Translations under genes and position numbers: made by a program
Part shown: piece after piece, positions 33,913 through 51,852 of the stretch
How the letters are laid out: each line of letters begins with the position of its first letter
How positions within the stretch are numbered: the stretch's first letter is position 1
From: the human T2T-CHM13v2.0 reference genome, Homo sapiens
Assembly (NCBI RefSeq): GCF_009914755.1
Contig: NC_060926.1
Length of the DNA stretch: 64,000 bases
Strand: one strand, 5' to 3'
The notes under the pieces: generated by a model
Told to the model about the DNA's origin: nothing
What the model saw: only the letters and a program-made list of their open reading frames with translations
Databases searched by the model: none

Positions 33913-35804
33913 TTTATTTTATTTTATTTTTTAAATTATACTTTTAGGGTACATGTGCACAACGTGCAGGTTTGTTACACATGTATACATGTGCAATGTT
34001 GGTATGCTGCACCCATTAACTCATCATTTAACATTAGGTATGTCTCCTAATGCTATCCGTCTCCCCTCCTCCCACCCCACAACAGGCCCCGGTGTGTGAT
34101 GTTCCCCTTCCCTGTGTCCATGTGTTCTCATTGTTCAATTCCCACCTATGAGTGAGAACATGCAGTGTTTGGTTTTTTCGTCCTTGCGATAGTTTGCTGA
34201 GAAAGATGGTTTCCAGCTTCATCCATGTCCCTACAAAGGACATGAACTCATCATTTTTTATGGCTGCATAGTATTCCATGGTGTATATGTCCCACATTTT
34301 CTTAATCCAGTCTATCACTGTTGGACATTTGGCTTGGTTCCAAGTCTTTGCTATTGTGAATAGTGCTGCAATAAACATACGTGTGCATGTGTCTTTATAG
34401 CAGCATGATTTATAATCCTTTGGGTATATACCCAGTAATGGGATGGCTGGGTCGAATGGTATTTCTAGTTCTAGATCCCTGAGGAATTGCTACACTGACT
34501 TCCACAATGGTTGAACTAGTTTACAGTCCCACCAACGGTGTAAAAGTGTTCCTATTTCTCCACATCCTCTCCAGCACCTGTTGTTTCCTGACTTTTTAAT
34601 GTTCGGCATTCTAAGTGGTGTGAGATGGTATCTCATTGTGGTTTTGATTTGCATTTCTCTGATGGCCAGTGATGATGAGCATTTTTTCATGTGTCTTTTG
34701 GCTGCATAAATGTCTTCTTTTGAGAAGCATTTGTTCATATCCTTCGCCCACTTTTTGATGGGGTTGTTTGTTTTTTTCTTGTAAATTTGTTTGAGTTCAT
34801 TGTAGAGTCTGGATATTAGCCCTTTGTCAGATGAGTAGATTGCAAAAATTTTGTCCTATTCTGTATGTTGCCTGTTCACTCTGATGGTAGTTTGTTTTGC
34901 TGTGCAGAAGCTCTTTAGCTTAATTAGATCCCATTTGTCAATTTTGGCTTTTGTTGCCATTGCTTTTGGTGTTTTAGACATGACGTCCTTGCCCATGCCT
35001 ATGTCCTGAATGGTATTGCCTAGGTTTTCTTCTAGGGTTTTTATGGTTTTAGGTCTAACATTTAAGTCTTTGATGCATCTTGAATTAATTTTTGTATAAG
35101 GTGTAAAGAAGGCATCCAGTTTCAGCTTTCTACATATGGCTAGCCAGTTTCCCAGCACCATTTATTAAATAGGGAATCCTTTCCCCATTTCTTGTTTTTC
35201 TCAGGTTTGTCAAAGATCAGATGGTTGTAGATATGTGGCATTATTTCTGAGGGCTCTGTTCTGTTCCATTGGTCTGTATGTCTGTTTTGGTACCAGTACC
35301 ATGCTGTTTTGGTTACTGTAGCCTTGTAGTATAGTTTGAAGTCAGGTAGCGTGATGTCTCCAGCTTTGTTCTTTTGACTTAGGATTGACTTGGCAATGCG
35401 GGCTCTTTTTTGGTTCCATATGAGCTTGATGGGGATGACATTGAATCTATAAATTACCTTGGGTAGTATAGCCATTTTCATGATATTCATTCTTCCTACC
35501 CATGAGCATGGAATGTTCTTCCATTTGTTTGTATCCTCTTTTATTTCATCGAGCAGTGATTTGTAGTTCTCCTTGAAGGGGTCCTTCACATCCCTTGTAA
35601 GTTGGACTCCTAGGTATTTTATTCTCTTTGAAGCAATTGTGAATGGGAGTTCACTCATGATTTGGCTCTCTGTTTGTCTGTTACTGGTGTATAAGAATGC
35701 GTGTGATTTTTACACATTGATTTTGTATCCTGAGACTGCTGAAGTTGCCTATCAGCTTAAGGAGATTTTGGGCTGAGACGATGGGGTTTTCTAGATATAC
35801 AATC
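33913..35804 (-). mobile_element. L1PA 3' part (ORF2 C-terminal half + 3'UTR + tail)
   Basis: - strand ORFs match L1 ORF2 ([28 protein letters not shown]); T-rich tail at 33913-33935. Confidence 0.95.
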
Positions 35805-35806
35805 TG

Positions 35807-36075
35807 TAACACCCCATTGTCAACATTAGACAGATCAACGAGACAGAAAGTTAACAAGGATATCCAGGAATTGAACTCAGCTCTGCACCAAGTGGACCTA
35901 ATAGACATCAACAGAATATACATTCTTTTCAACACCACACCACACCTATTCCAAAATTGACCACATAGTTGGAAGTAAAGCACTCCTCAGCAAATGTAAA
36001 AGAAGAGAAATAATAACAAACTGTCTCTCAGACCACAGTGCAATCAAACTAGAACTCAGGATTAAGAAACTCACT
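35807..36075 (+). mobile_element. Inverted 5' segment of the same L1PA (endonuclease region)
   Basis: NTPLSTLDRSTRQKVNKDIQELNSALHQVDLIDI on + strand, abutting the - strand segment. Confidence 0.9.
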
Positions 36076-36297
36076 ACAATTTCAAAATGCTAGAAGACAA
36101 CAAGCAACAAAATAAGCAAAAAAATCTGTCATCCTAGAATTTTATACTCATTGGAGAAAATTTTCTACAATTCTTCACCCACCTCGCCCATCGCCTCTCA
36201 AAAATCAGTGATGGCAGAATAAAAAGTATGGGATTAACTCTGTTGTCTCTATATAGTTAAAAGCTCTAGGCAAAATATATTTTAAAACAATTATTTA

Positions 36298-36603
36298 GGC
36301 CGGGCGCAGTGGCTCAAGCCTGCAATCCCAGCACTTTGGGAGGCCGAGGCGGGCGGATCACGAGGTCAGGAGATCGAGACCATCCTGGCTAACGTGGTGA
36401 AATCCCGTCTCTACTAAAAATACAAAAAATTAGCCGGGCGGGGTGGCAGGTGCCTGTAGTCCCAGCTACTCTGGAGGCTGAGGCAGGAGAATGGCCTGAA
36501 CCCCAGAGGGCGGAGCCTGCAGTGAGCCAAGATCGCACCACTGCACTCCAGCCTGGGCGACAGCGAGACTCCGTCTCAAAAAAAAAAAAGCAAACAAAAA
36601 AAA
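36298..36603 (+). mobile_element. Young AluY (Ye-like)
   Basis: CpG-rich; gcggagcctgc and gacagcgagac variants; TSD aaaacaattattta. Confidence 0.85.
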
Positions 36604-36609
36604 CAATTA

Positions 36610-38700
<2,091 letters not shown>

Positions 38701-41700
38701 GCATGTATACGTTTGTATGTATACACTTATGCAGAATTGTAATCAAACATACAGAATTTTTAGTCTGTTTTCATTTTTAAGTACCATGGTTATGATTTTG
38801 AAATCACATTAATCCCATGTTTCTCCAATTTAAACTGAAACTCATTTTTTGTTCTTAAATTGGAGCATTTGACTACTTTAGAAAGTATCATGTCTTCTCA
38901 GTTTGCTGTGACATATAATGAGTATCAGAATTAAAGACATCACATGGTTGGAATATCGTAATTCCTAAAAGCCTGTGATATAAATCATATCCTGTTCATC
39001 TAATTTAAAATAATTTATTTGTGTTTTAGACATTATTCAAAGTGAGCACGTCCTTATTAGAGTCTTTTCTTTGGGAAATTGAGCTGTTTTATCCTAGTAT
39101 ATCAGAAATAAAATTTCTTTGTTGTTAATTGAGCAAAAAGCATGTTTTCATATACTTTTCAGTTTTGACTTTCAAAATGTGAAATAATACAAGTGAATAT
39201 AATACTTTAAAAAATTAAATCCACTTAATATTAATACCCTAAAACAGTTCTGTTTGAATCGTTATACTTGTGACATTTATGTAAATATCAGTTTATATTC
39301 TACTGTTTGGTGCTTTTGCTGAACCTGTATTTTGAAATTAATCTTTGTTGATGCCTAAGCCTGTGGTGGTCTCATTTGTATAGCTCTAGCATACTTGCTG
39401 TATATTTAACTATACCTTATTGTGTGTATTAGTCTTAATGTTGACTAGCATTTTTATTTCCAGTTGTTAGCTATAATGAAAAAAGTTGTGAAGAATTGTA
39501 TACATATCTAATATAAGACTTAAAAATTTGTATCTGTATAATGGGTGATGGGAAATATATGATAGTGGTTTTAATTTGCTCTTCTGATTTTCGTGAAGTT
39601 GAGGGTCTTTCACTTGTTAAAGAATTTGAATGCTATAAATTGAGAGCTCTTTGATTTTGCTGTCTTTTTGCTTTCATTGTATTTGTTTTGTTTTGTGGCA
39701 TCATATGAGAATAGTCCTTTAAGAAAACAATTATGATGAGGTAAAGTTCTGCTTCTGTAACAATGTTCTATTATATAGGTACTTTTATATGAAACTATCT
39801 TCTGTGCAGCATAAAATAATAAATATAGAGGATCTTTAAAAATTTGCCTATAAAGGGTTTCAAAATGGTTTAGAAGTGAAAAGTGCCTCAAATTCCTATG
39901 TTCTTACAATTAGGCTATTTCATATTGTCATTCTGGCCTAAGCTTCAGTAGTGAAAATAAGCTGGCATCAAAATTGCACCTGTTTTATTCAGTGTACAGA
40001 TGCATGTAGTGTAGCCGTAGATCAACTTAAGACTGATCTAAGCTGTAGATCAGCTTAAGACTTCTACATATATATGTAAAAGAAGGAAGAAATAGTGAAC
40101 TAATCACAGAGTTACCTCACCATTCATTTAAAAATCACCCCACAGAGTTACCTATCAGTCTACTAAAGTCATACAGGAAGCTTAGGAATCATCCTGATGT
40201 TTGAAGTGAATAGTGAGATAACTCTGTGATTAGCTCACTATTCATTTAATTATATGTTTGAGTGTGGAACTTCAAATTAGTATTTAGTGAAGTGCATTAT
40301 TCATGGTCAAGCAAGATAAGTAGAGTATTTCTAAATGCAATGAGAAGTTTGTAGGGCAACCATGCTCAGAATTGGAGTTTTTCTTTGAATTATTAAGATT
40401 AAATTATAGACATGATGCTCCTTTATTCCTAAGTTCAGAAAACTTCTCTTGGATAACCATATACAGTTATACAAATCAGAAGTTCACACTGACTCTGTAC
40501 TATAAACTGCAAATCTTATTCAGCTTTTGCCTGTCCTTCTAATGTTCTTTAGGGCCAAAGAAAAATCAATTTTCTTTTGCGTGGTTTGAGGATACTGGTA
40601 GTTCAGGATCATATATTGCATTTTGTTGTCTTGTAGTCTTGCATATGTAACAATTCTGCTATCTTTATTTATCTTTCATGGCCTTCATGGCCTTGACAGT
40701 TTTGAAGAATACATGCTAGAAATTATGTCTATATATATATATATATTTACACATGTATACATACATGTATTTTCTAGGTATGTTTGCTGATAGGACCCAG
40801 AAGCAGACTCCCCCTAGTGATATATGCATATATATCTCCCATATTGTCATTTTAAAAATTTTCTACTAAAGGAAATCAGGGCTCCTTGGAGAAATTCTAG
40901 TACTGAGGAAGAGTAGGTAGAACATGAGCCTAGAATGTTTTGCTGTGCTAGAAAGCAAGGAAGTGCTCAAAGAACGATGGGGGACAAGTTATAAGGAAGT
41001 AGGATCCTGCTTTAATGGCGTCTCAGAGACAAAATCTTATTCCCCTCAGGCATCAAAATTAATAATGATAGTAACAGTGTAATAAAGTTAGAATCTATAC
41101 TGATAAAAATTAATGGATAAGAAGAGAATATTTTTCCTTATAGCTTGGTGCCAACTAATAAATGTAGAAAGAATGACAGAATTAGAAAGTTCTCCTTTTC
41201 TTAACCACTTTAGTAATAATTGTTTCAGGCACAATTATAAAAATGCTAAGACTGATCAAAAGTTTGGTGAGAAATAAGATGTTTAAATAGTCTCAAGAAT
41301 CTGCATATAGATACTTAACTAATTATAAAGGTGGAATTAATAACTAATGTAGAGACACTTGGCAGACACTGCCATACTTCTGCTGTCATGTGCGTCTTGA
41401 TGTTTGGAAGCTTGTTTTTATTTTTATTTATTTTTTTGAGATAGTTTTGTTGCCCAGGCTGGAGTGCGGTGGTGTGATCTTGGCTCACTGTGCCTTCCAC
41501 CTCCTGGGTTCAAGTGTTTCTCCTGCCTCAGCCTCCTGAGTAGCTGGGACTACAGGTGTGCACCACCACACCTGGCTAATTTCTGTATTTTTAGTAGAGA
41601 CGGTGTTTCACCGTGTTGGCCAGGCTGGTCTCGAGTTCCTGACCTCAAGTAATCCACCTGCCTCAGCCTCCCAAAGTGCTGGGATTACAGGCGTGAGCCA

Positions 41701-41853
41701 CTGCGCCCGGCTGGAAGCTTGTTTTTTAAAGCAAGCAGCTTTATTAATCCTTATAATCCTATATTTTAAAGAGATCATTTAAAGTTAAGTCTTTACTTTG
41801 AATCTGATGTTGAAAATGTGAATGGCCAAGCCAACACTTTTCTTTTTCTTTAG

Positions 41854-42154
41854 GTGAGTGCTCCAGTTGTAACATCTACCACTCAGGAAAAGCCGAAGGA
41901 TAGCGATCAGTTTGAATGGGTGACCATTGAACAGTCAGGGGAGTTAGTTTATGAAGCACCAGAAACTGTTGCGGCTGAACCTCCACCTATCAAGTCAGCA
42001 GTACAGACCATGTCTCCCATACCTGCCCATTCTTTGGCTGCTTTTGGATTATTTCTTCGTCTTCCGGGCTATGCGGAAGTGCTACTGAAAGAGAGAAAAC
42101 ATGCCCAGTGCCTTCTTCGATTGGTATTGGGAGTGACAGATGATGGAGAAGGAA
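41854..42154 (+). CDS. BIRC6: BIRC6 exon (VSAPVVTSTTQEKP…TDDGEG)
   Basis: tctttag|GTG … GGA A|gtaagt; 301 nt, phase 0→1. Confidence 0.95.
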
Positions 42155-44255
42155 GTAAGTGTTTAGTATTAAATTTATCAACACATATGTGAATAGGTTG
42201 TGTAAAGGTATCCAGATCATTGCCTATTATTCATCATTTATTTCCTTCATAGTTAAGCTGTTAGATGATTTGTAAGTGGTAGCTCACTTCCAGTATTAGT
42301 TATACATAATAAATCCTAAAGAATCTTCATTTTCATCTCTGTGTTCATTCAAAAATTATTTTCCTTGTGCTGACAAAACTGTTGGGCATCACTGGGGGGA
42401 TGTAAACATGAAGCAGTTATTTAGAGCTACCCCCAAGTAGCTAATGTTCTCCAGTAATAGAAACAAGGGATGTACATAAACATGTATACTTAGCAAGTTA
42501 TAAAATCCCTTCAGTACTCTTGAGTGCAGTATTATGGAGAAACACACATGTGAGATTATTTCTTTACTACTCAGCAATGTGAATGAAGTGGCATGGTAGT
42601 TTTTAGTGGGGCCTTGAAGGACAGATTAGATTTAGGTTGGGATGAGTTATCTCAGAAAATAAATGGAAAGAGCAGTGTTTTGAGGTTAAAATGTATGAGA
42701 GGGGATAAGTTAGCAGATGAAAATTTGCACAAAAGGGAGCATTGTGAGCATTTTAAAAGCTAATATTGGTAACAGATCATGGAAAAAACGTACTAAAAAC
42801 TTTAGATTTTATTTTGAATAGCAATAAAGGTTTATTAAAATGTGTTAAGATTAGTGATGTGTTGAATATAGTTTTTTTCAGAAAATGAATCTGGTAGCAA
42901 TACTTAGATTAAAGAGAACAGAATTAGGAAAATGATGCCATAATATGTATTAATGATAACATAGAATAATAAGAGAAAGCTGTGATGATTGTTTCCATTG
43001 GGTTGGCATTGTTATTTAATAGAAAAACTGAAGAATTACAGGATAGCCTCACAAGTAGATTTTCATTTGGGTGACGTCTGCATTTTCTTTTTTCTTTCTT
43101 CTTCTTTTTTTTTTTTGCATTTTCACTTACTATTTATTCTATTAATATTTATTAGAAAATTAATATTCCTTATGTTATTTTAAAATCACATGGTTTTGAT
43201 TAGGGTCGATTTCTTTCACATGCCATTTAGAAAGAATAAAATGTTAAGTTCTGTACTACAAAGTATATTTAATCTAATAAAACTATATGAATTTATGTGT
43301 AGATCTCAAAACTCTGAAGCTATCAAATATTCAAAGTAAATATTTTTTCCTTTATATTTTCCTAACAACAAAAATCCCTCATAAATGTTGGCATATAAGT
43401 GGGCCCATGTAGTTTAAACCTGTGTTATTCAGGTGTCAACTGTATTTATTTTAGTAGGTCAGGAATTTCTAATTACTTGATCTGATTTTTTTTTAAGTAG
43501 ATAGAGGGGTAAGAACCATATTTTTTATTGATACATAGTAGTTGTACATATTTATGTTATACATACGATATTTTGATAAAGACATAGAATGTGTAATAAG
43601 AACCATGGTATTTCAACACTGTTACCACAGAGTGTTAAAGTAGGTGTAACCCTAAACAGAAAAGGAAAAAAAAATGGCTTTCTGTAATTTCACACTATTT
43701 TTAGTGCATATACAATGAATTTTTATTAAAAAGGATAGTTATGATATCTCTCTCTCTAATAATTGTCTCGTGTACCATCCATGTAGCATTGCTTTCTTTG
43801 CATTTAATACCCCTTCCTGGCTAGAACACAGTAGAACACTGTTGGGAAAAAAATAGTTTTACTTGTTCATTATCTGTTCTTGGTTAAAGCTACTCCCAAG
43901 AAAAGCAGTTACTTTCTTACTGTTGTAAGATACTACTAATGCTTCTTTTCTATTGTTCAGGTTTTAGTTTAAATTCTAGTTCGTAATAATTTTGACATAA
44001 TCTATAGCTATGATCATACATATGTTTCCATTTTTTTGAGGTTTATGTATACCGTGTCTGACAGAGTTTTTCCTGATACTTATTCGTTATTAAATTTTAA
44101 GATATTACTGTTGTATTTGTGGTATTTGGTTTTCTAAATAATTTAGTGGTATACTTTTGTATTACAGTGTCATTATTAATTTATGACCCTGTATGTAACT
44201 TCTTATGTGTTTTTAACTGTTTTTAATCTTGAGTCCTCTTCTTTCTTCAATCTAG

Positions 44256-44473
44256 GTCATATTCTTCAATCTCCATCAGCCAATGTGCTTCCAACCCTTC
44301 CTTTCCACGTCCTTCGTAGCTTGTTTAGCACTACACCTTTGACAACTGATGATGGTGTACTTCTAAGGCGGATGGCATTGGAAATTGGAGCCTTACACCT
44401 CATTCTTGTCTGTCTCTCTGCTTTGAGCCACCATTCCCCACGAGTTCCAAACTCTAGCGTGAATCAAACTGAG
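44256..44473 (+). CDS. BIRC6: BIRC6 exon (SHILQSPSANVLP…SVNQTE)
   Basis: tctag|GT … GAG|gtaggt; 218 nt, phase 1→0. Confidence 0.95.
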
Positions 44474-44915
44474 GTAGGTTCACTTTTAATTATTTCAGTT
44501 ATTAAAAAAACTAGATTTAATTAGGGAGTACAGAATAAAGTTTTTTTCTGAATTAATCTTTCAGAGACTTGGGTGTTCCATTTTCACATCTAAAAGGATA
44601 TTTAAAACAGAAATTGTAAATTAATTGTTTTCTCTATTAGTCTTCTTCAGTAAACCAAAAAGAAACCTATCTACTTGAAAAGCAGAAAAGATTTAAGCGC
44701 TTAATAAGCTTTCCCATTTACCAAGATACACTGAATTTATACTGTGATCCTTCTTCCTTTCCTTTTTGAACTTTTAAGAATAATACTATAGAATGGGGGT
44801 TGTGGGTGGGGATCTAGCCAGTGCAATAAGACAGGAAATTCAAGAAAGAAAGAAAAAAATTCCTCATTATTTCAATATGATTTAATTGTATTGTAGAACA
44901 TACCAGAATAGGCTA

Positions 44916-45191
<276 letters not shown>

Positions 45192-45959
45192 TCAAAAAGA
45201 AAAAAAAAAATACCAAAATAATTAATGGCATAAGTGAGTTTATTAATAATACATCATGGGGTCAGTCTATAAAAATTAGTTAATTTCTACATACTAGCAA
45301 CAGACATAAAATGAGCTTTATAAAGATATATTTTAGAATAGTACCAAAAATAGAAAATATCTAAGAGTAAATCTGAAAAATATGTATAATACCTCTTTAT
45401 GAAATTTTTGACTGGGCATGGTAGCTCATGTTTGTAATCCCAGCACTTTGGGACATAGAGGCAGGCAGATCACTTAAGGTCAGAATTTCGACACCACCCT
45501 GGCCAGCATAGTGAAACTCTATCTCTATTAAAATTACAAAAATTAGCCGGGCCTGGTGGCTCACACCTATATTCCTAGCTACTTGGGAGGCTGAGGCAGG
45601 TGAATCTGTCTGTGCTCATGTATATCTTCAGTGGGTTAGATATGATAGTGCAATAATATTATTTCTTCCCAGATCAATCCTTAAGTTTGATACAATTCCA
45701 GATTCATTTTGGAGGAAGTTTACAAGCCAATTATAAAATGTATATAAACATGCAAAGGGTCAGGAATAGCTGAGATATCCTTTTGCTATATTTATCCTAA
45801 AAAGATCTGCTCATATCTGTATTCTTTTCACTGTTTTCTCAATTCAATTTTGAGTCATTGACTTTTTAGGCTCTAAGGTGGTTTATCCCTTCTTTTCTTG
45901 ATAAATATTTGAAAATTTGTATTTATTTATGTGTTTATTGATTCATTCATTCTTAAATA

Positions 45960-46395
45960 TAAGCAGTTTCTCTCCATTTACCCCTTCCCCCAGCCCCTGG
46001 CAATTACCAGTCTGCATTCTGTCTCCATGCATTTACCTATTTTGGATATTGCATATAAATTGAATCATGTAATGTGTTGTTCCTTGCGTCTGTCTTCTTT
46101 CATTTAGTATAATGTTTTCTAGGTTTATTCGTGTAGCGTATATCAGTACTTCATTTCTTCTTATGGCTCAATAAATATCCTGTTTGTTGATCCATTCATC
46201 GGTTGGCATCTAGGCTATTTTCATCTTTTGTTTTAAATGGTGCTGCTGTAAACGTGTGTGTCTATTTCAGCACCAGTTTTTATCTGTTTTAATACTAGAA
46301 GTAGAATTGCTGGGTCATACAGAAAATCTGTGTTCAATTTTTTTGAGCAGCCACCAAACTGTTTTCCATAGTAGCTTCATCATTTTACTTTCCCA
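45960..46395 (-). mobile_element. L1M 3'-end remnant
   Basis: ccccagcccctggcaattaccagtctgcattctgtctc…ccaccaaactgttttccatagt. Confidence 0.7.
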
Positions 46396-46462
46396 GTGAT
46401 AAATATTTTTGAAGATAAGCAAAAACAAATTGTAATGGATTTTCATTTTTTGTTATTTTAAG

Positions 46463-46627
46463 CCACAGGTGTCAAGCTCTCATAACCCTACATCAACAGA
46501 AGAACAACAGTTATATTGGGCCAAAGGGACTGGCTTTGGAACAGGCTCTACAGCTTCTGGGTGGGATGTGGAACAAGCCTTAACTAAGCAAAGGCTGGAA
46601 GAGGAACATGTTACCTGCCTTCTGCAG
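46463..46627 (+). CDS. BIRC6: BIRC6 exon (PQVSSSHNPT…YWAKGTGFGTGS…TCLLQ)
   Basis: tttaag|CCA … CAG|gtatat; 165 nt; contains the WAKGTGFG motif recognised from BIRC6; alternative CAG acceptor 6 nt downstream. Confidence 0.93.
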
Positions 46628-47289
46628 GTATATTTGTAAACTTGATATTGTTCATGATAATGGCTTTTTTTTTGTATTTATTATTTTAAAATATTGATAA
46701 CTAATCCAACTTTCCTCAGCTATGTTTATGCCCACTTGTGGTCCTTCTTCCCAGTGCATTCTAAGATACCACTGGATAAAGATTGTTCTTGCTTACTTGT
46801 GACTCTGTATTTCTTCCCTCTCAACTAGCTTCTTCACTGAGAGGAAAGTGGCAGGGATGAAATTATCCAGTAGCTGGAAGATGCATCTTCCTACAGGCAT
46901 TTTCTTGTTTAATGTGTTGTATCTGGCCTTTTTTTTTTTTTTAAGTGTTATTTATTTATATGCATTTTGGTTGCTTACTTTTTTTTTTTTTTTTTTTTTT
47001 GAGACGGAGCTCACTCTGTGGCCCAGGCTGGAGTGCAGTGGCGTGATCTCAGCTCACTGCAACCTTCACCTCCCAGGTTCACGGTTGCTTACATTTTTTA
47101 AAATAACTTTTCAGCCGGGCGTGGTGGCTCATGCCTGTAATCCCAGCACTTTGAGAGGCTGAGGTGGGTGGATCACCTGAGGTCAGGAGTTTGAGACCAG
47201 CCTGGCAAACATGGTGAAACCCTGCCTCTACTAATAAATAGAAAGATTAGCTGGGCTTGGTGGCACATGCCTGTAATCCCAGCTACTCA

Positions 47290-47394
<105 letters not shown>

Positions 47395-47926
47395 TCAAAA
47401 AAATGAATAGATAAATAAATAACTTTTCTAGATTCAGGCAAGTTGGACAAGAATAGAAAGTCTTTATACCACAGAAATGTATAGGGGAAATAATGAAAAG
47501 GTTAGCTTTGCTTCCTGCATCAGCTAATTGAAGTTCGTCAGTGCTTTGAATGTGTCTTCTGCAACTCTAGAATGCTCCTTCTAGTATAAAGTTCTAAGAT
47601 TTTGTTACCTTCAAACTGTGAATTGAGTCTATTCAATAAAATATGTAAATAATACAGAGTTGCTACTACATTTTTTATGTTCGTAGTTGTATTGCTTTTA
47701 TATGTCTAGTCATATGTAGTGTACCATCCTTTGTAAGCAACACTCTCAGACAAAACAGATCCTTCTCTTTTGAAAATTTAAACAAATAATTATTTTAAAA
47801 CATAGTATAAGATACTGATTAAGTAGAAAATATGTACTCTTAGTATTCAGATTGAATTTCTAACCTACAATAAAAACTTTTGAAGTATGTGAAACTGAAA
47901 TCCAAATTAATTTCAACAATTTTTAG

Positions 47927-48095
47927 GTTCTTGCCAGTTACATAAATCCCGTCAGTAGTGCGGTAAATGGAGAAGCTCAGTCATCTCATGAGACTAGAGG
48001 GCAGAACAGTAATGCCCTTCCTTCTGTACTTCTCGAGCTTCTCAGTCAGTCCTGCCTCATCCCAGCCATGTCATCTTATCTACGAAATGATTCAG
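47927..48095 (+). CDS. BIRC6: BIRC6 exon (VLASYINPVSS…YLRNDS); last exon in the window
   Basis: ttttag|GTT … TCA G|gtaaat; 169 nt, phase 0→1; no further in-frame exon found up to 64000. Confidence 0.95.
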
Positions 48096-49696
48096 GTAAA
48101 TAATCCCTGTAAATGTGTCTGTGGATGAATAATTTTGTTTGCTTATTTTATCATTGTCTAATAGTAAGTTTCAGTTGAAATAGTTGATGGATTTATTTCC
48201 TAAAAAGTATTCTGGAAATATTTAGTTGGTTTTTGGTGCCCTTAATTTGATACTTTGTCATCACTTACCATAGAACACAGAATAATAAAAGTTTCATTAT
48301 TCCTTTGTCTTTATCTGTGAAAGGTGAAAGTAAACTTTTTTTCCTTTTAATCATCTGTAACTGAAAATGATAGGACAAAGGCTAACAACTTCATGACATC
48401 ATTCTGATCTGAATATGGTCAAATTTCTATGGATTTTAAATATTTTTGTCAAACACTATCGCAGACAACAGTTATTTTTGAAGAAAGGCAGATACATGAA
48501 TCAAGTCCATAGGTACTTGATAAGATGATGATTAATTTCTTAAAATTCAATAATAAAAGTACTGTAGCTACTTGTTTTGCCAGTATACAACTGATTATTG
48601 ATTGAATAATATAGTTTATTATTTCCTTGGTTATGGAATTATCTAAGAAATGTGTTCTTTTCCTAAGAATAGAAAGTTACATGTTCAGAAATGTATAGAT
48701 ATTTCCAAGAGAAACAAGCAGTTAACATCTATTTCTTTCAGCCAAAACCTTTATTATTTATTGTTTCAACTCTGTTTTACTCATATTCTTATCTCTGTCT
48801 TTATCTTCTTATGAAAATTTACATGTATATTTCATTAATTTATTAAGGAAGAATAGATAAGGGAAACAATGGAAATGAATCTTGGTAGTCTATTTTGTGG
48901 TTGGTAGCAGCTAAGTGACACAGTTGGATGTCTGGTAAAAATATTAGTATTTCAAGGGATTATTGCCCGTATTCCCCAGTATCAGGAAGATTGTTGTCCT
49001 TTAAAAATACGCTATTTCCCAGTCTGTCTCAGACTCCTTCATGGAAGTATTAGATTGATTTTTTTGTTTGTTTAGATTGACCTGTTTGATACATCAGACT
49101 GGTCTTTTTTAAAAAGTAGATGTCAAATGCATAATTTTTTTTTATTAAAATGTTTGAGACTATACATTTTAATTTTAGATTATATAGAACAATTGAATAG
49201 GGTGCGATAGGTTTCTTTTTATCTCACTTCTCTATTATTAAACTATTATTTTCTTAATCCTTATACTGTGAAGATATGACCTACCAAAAATTTTAAATTT
49301 CTGTTTTGGTCTGAAATTGACTCTCTTATAACACTGAGCTTTTATCTTTATGGTTCATTGTCAAAAAGGAAATCCAGGATTATTTACATAATATTTACAG
49401 TAATTGTTGTTCATGTAAGTGCACTTCCTGGGAAGGTGTGTATGTTAAACTGATTTTTGGTAAATGTATGGAATTGCAGAGACTTAGATATTATACCTTG
49501 GAACTGTTTTAGAAATTTAATGTGACAGATCGAAGTTTGACCTTTCTTTTATGATGTATTATTTTCCTGGAAAAAAGAAATTTCTTTCATCAGGCTTTAG
49601 ATGTTCTTGAATTTGGTAACTTGTCCAGTGGTTAATTCTAATTGATATATTTGGATGTGGTAACAAATACTTATTTTGAGATAATACCTTATATTA

Positions 49697-51852
<2,156 letters not shown>

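Noticed and set aside
40005-40155. Small local duplications (gtagatcaacttaagact / gtagatcagcttaagact; cacagagttacct twice)
   Set aside because: Ordinary slippage-type micro-duplications with no functional cue
44243-44272. 11-bp direct repeat ttcttcaatct across an acceptor
   Set aside because: Short and pyrimidine-rich; compatible with chance
46628-46640. gtatattt donor as a U12-type intron
   Set aside because: Does not match GTATCCTT and no U12 branch point was seen
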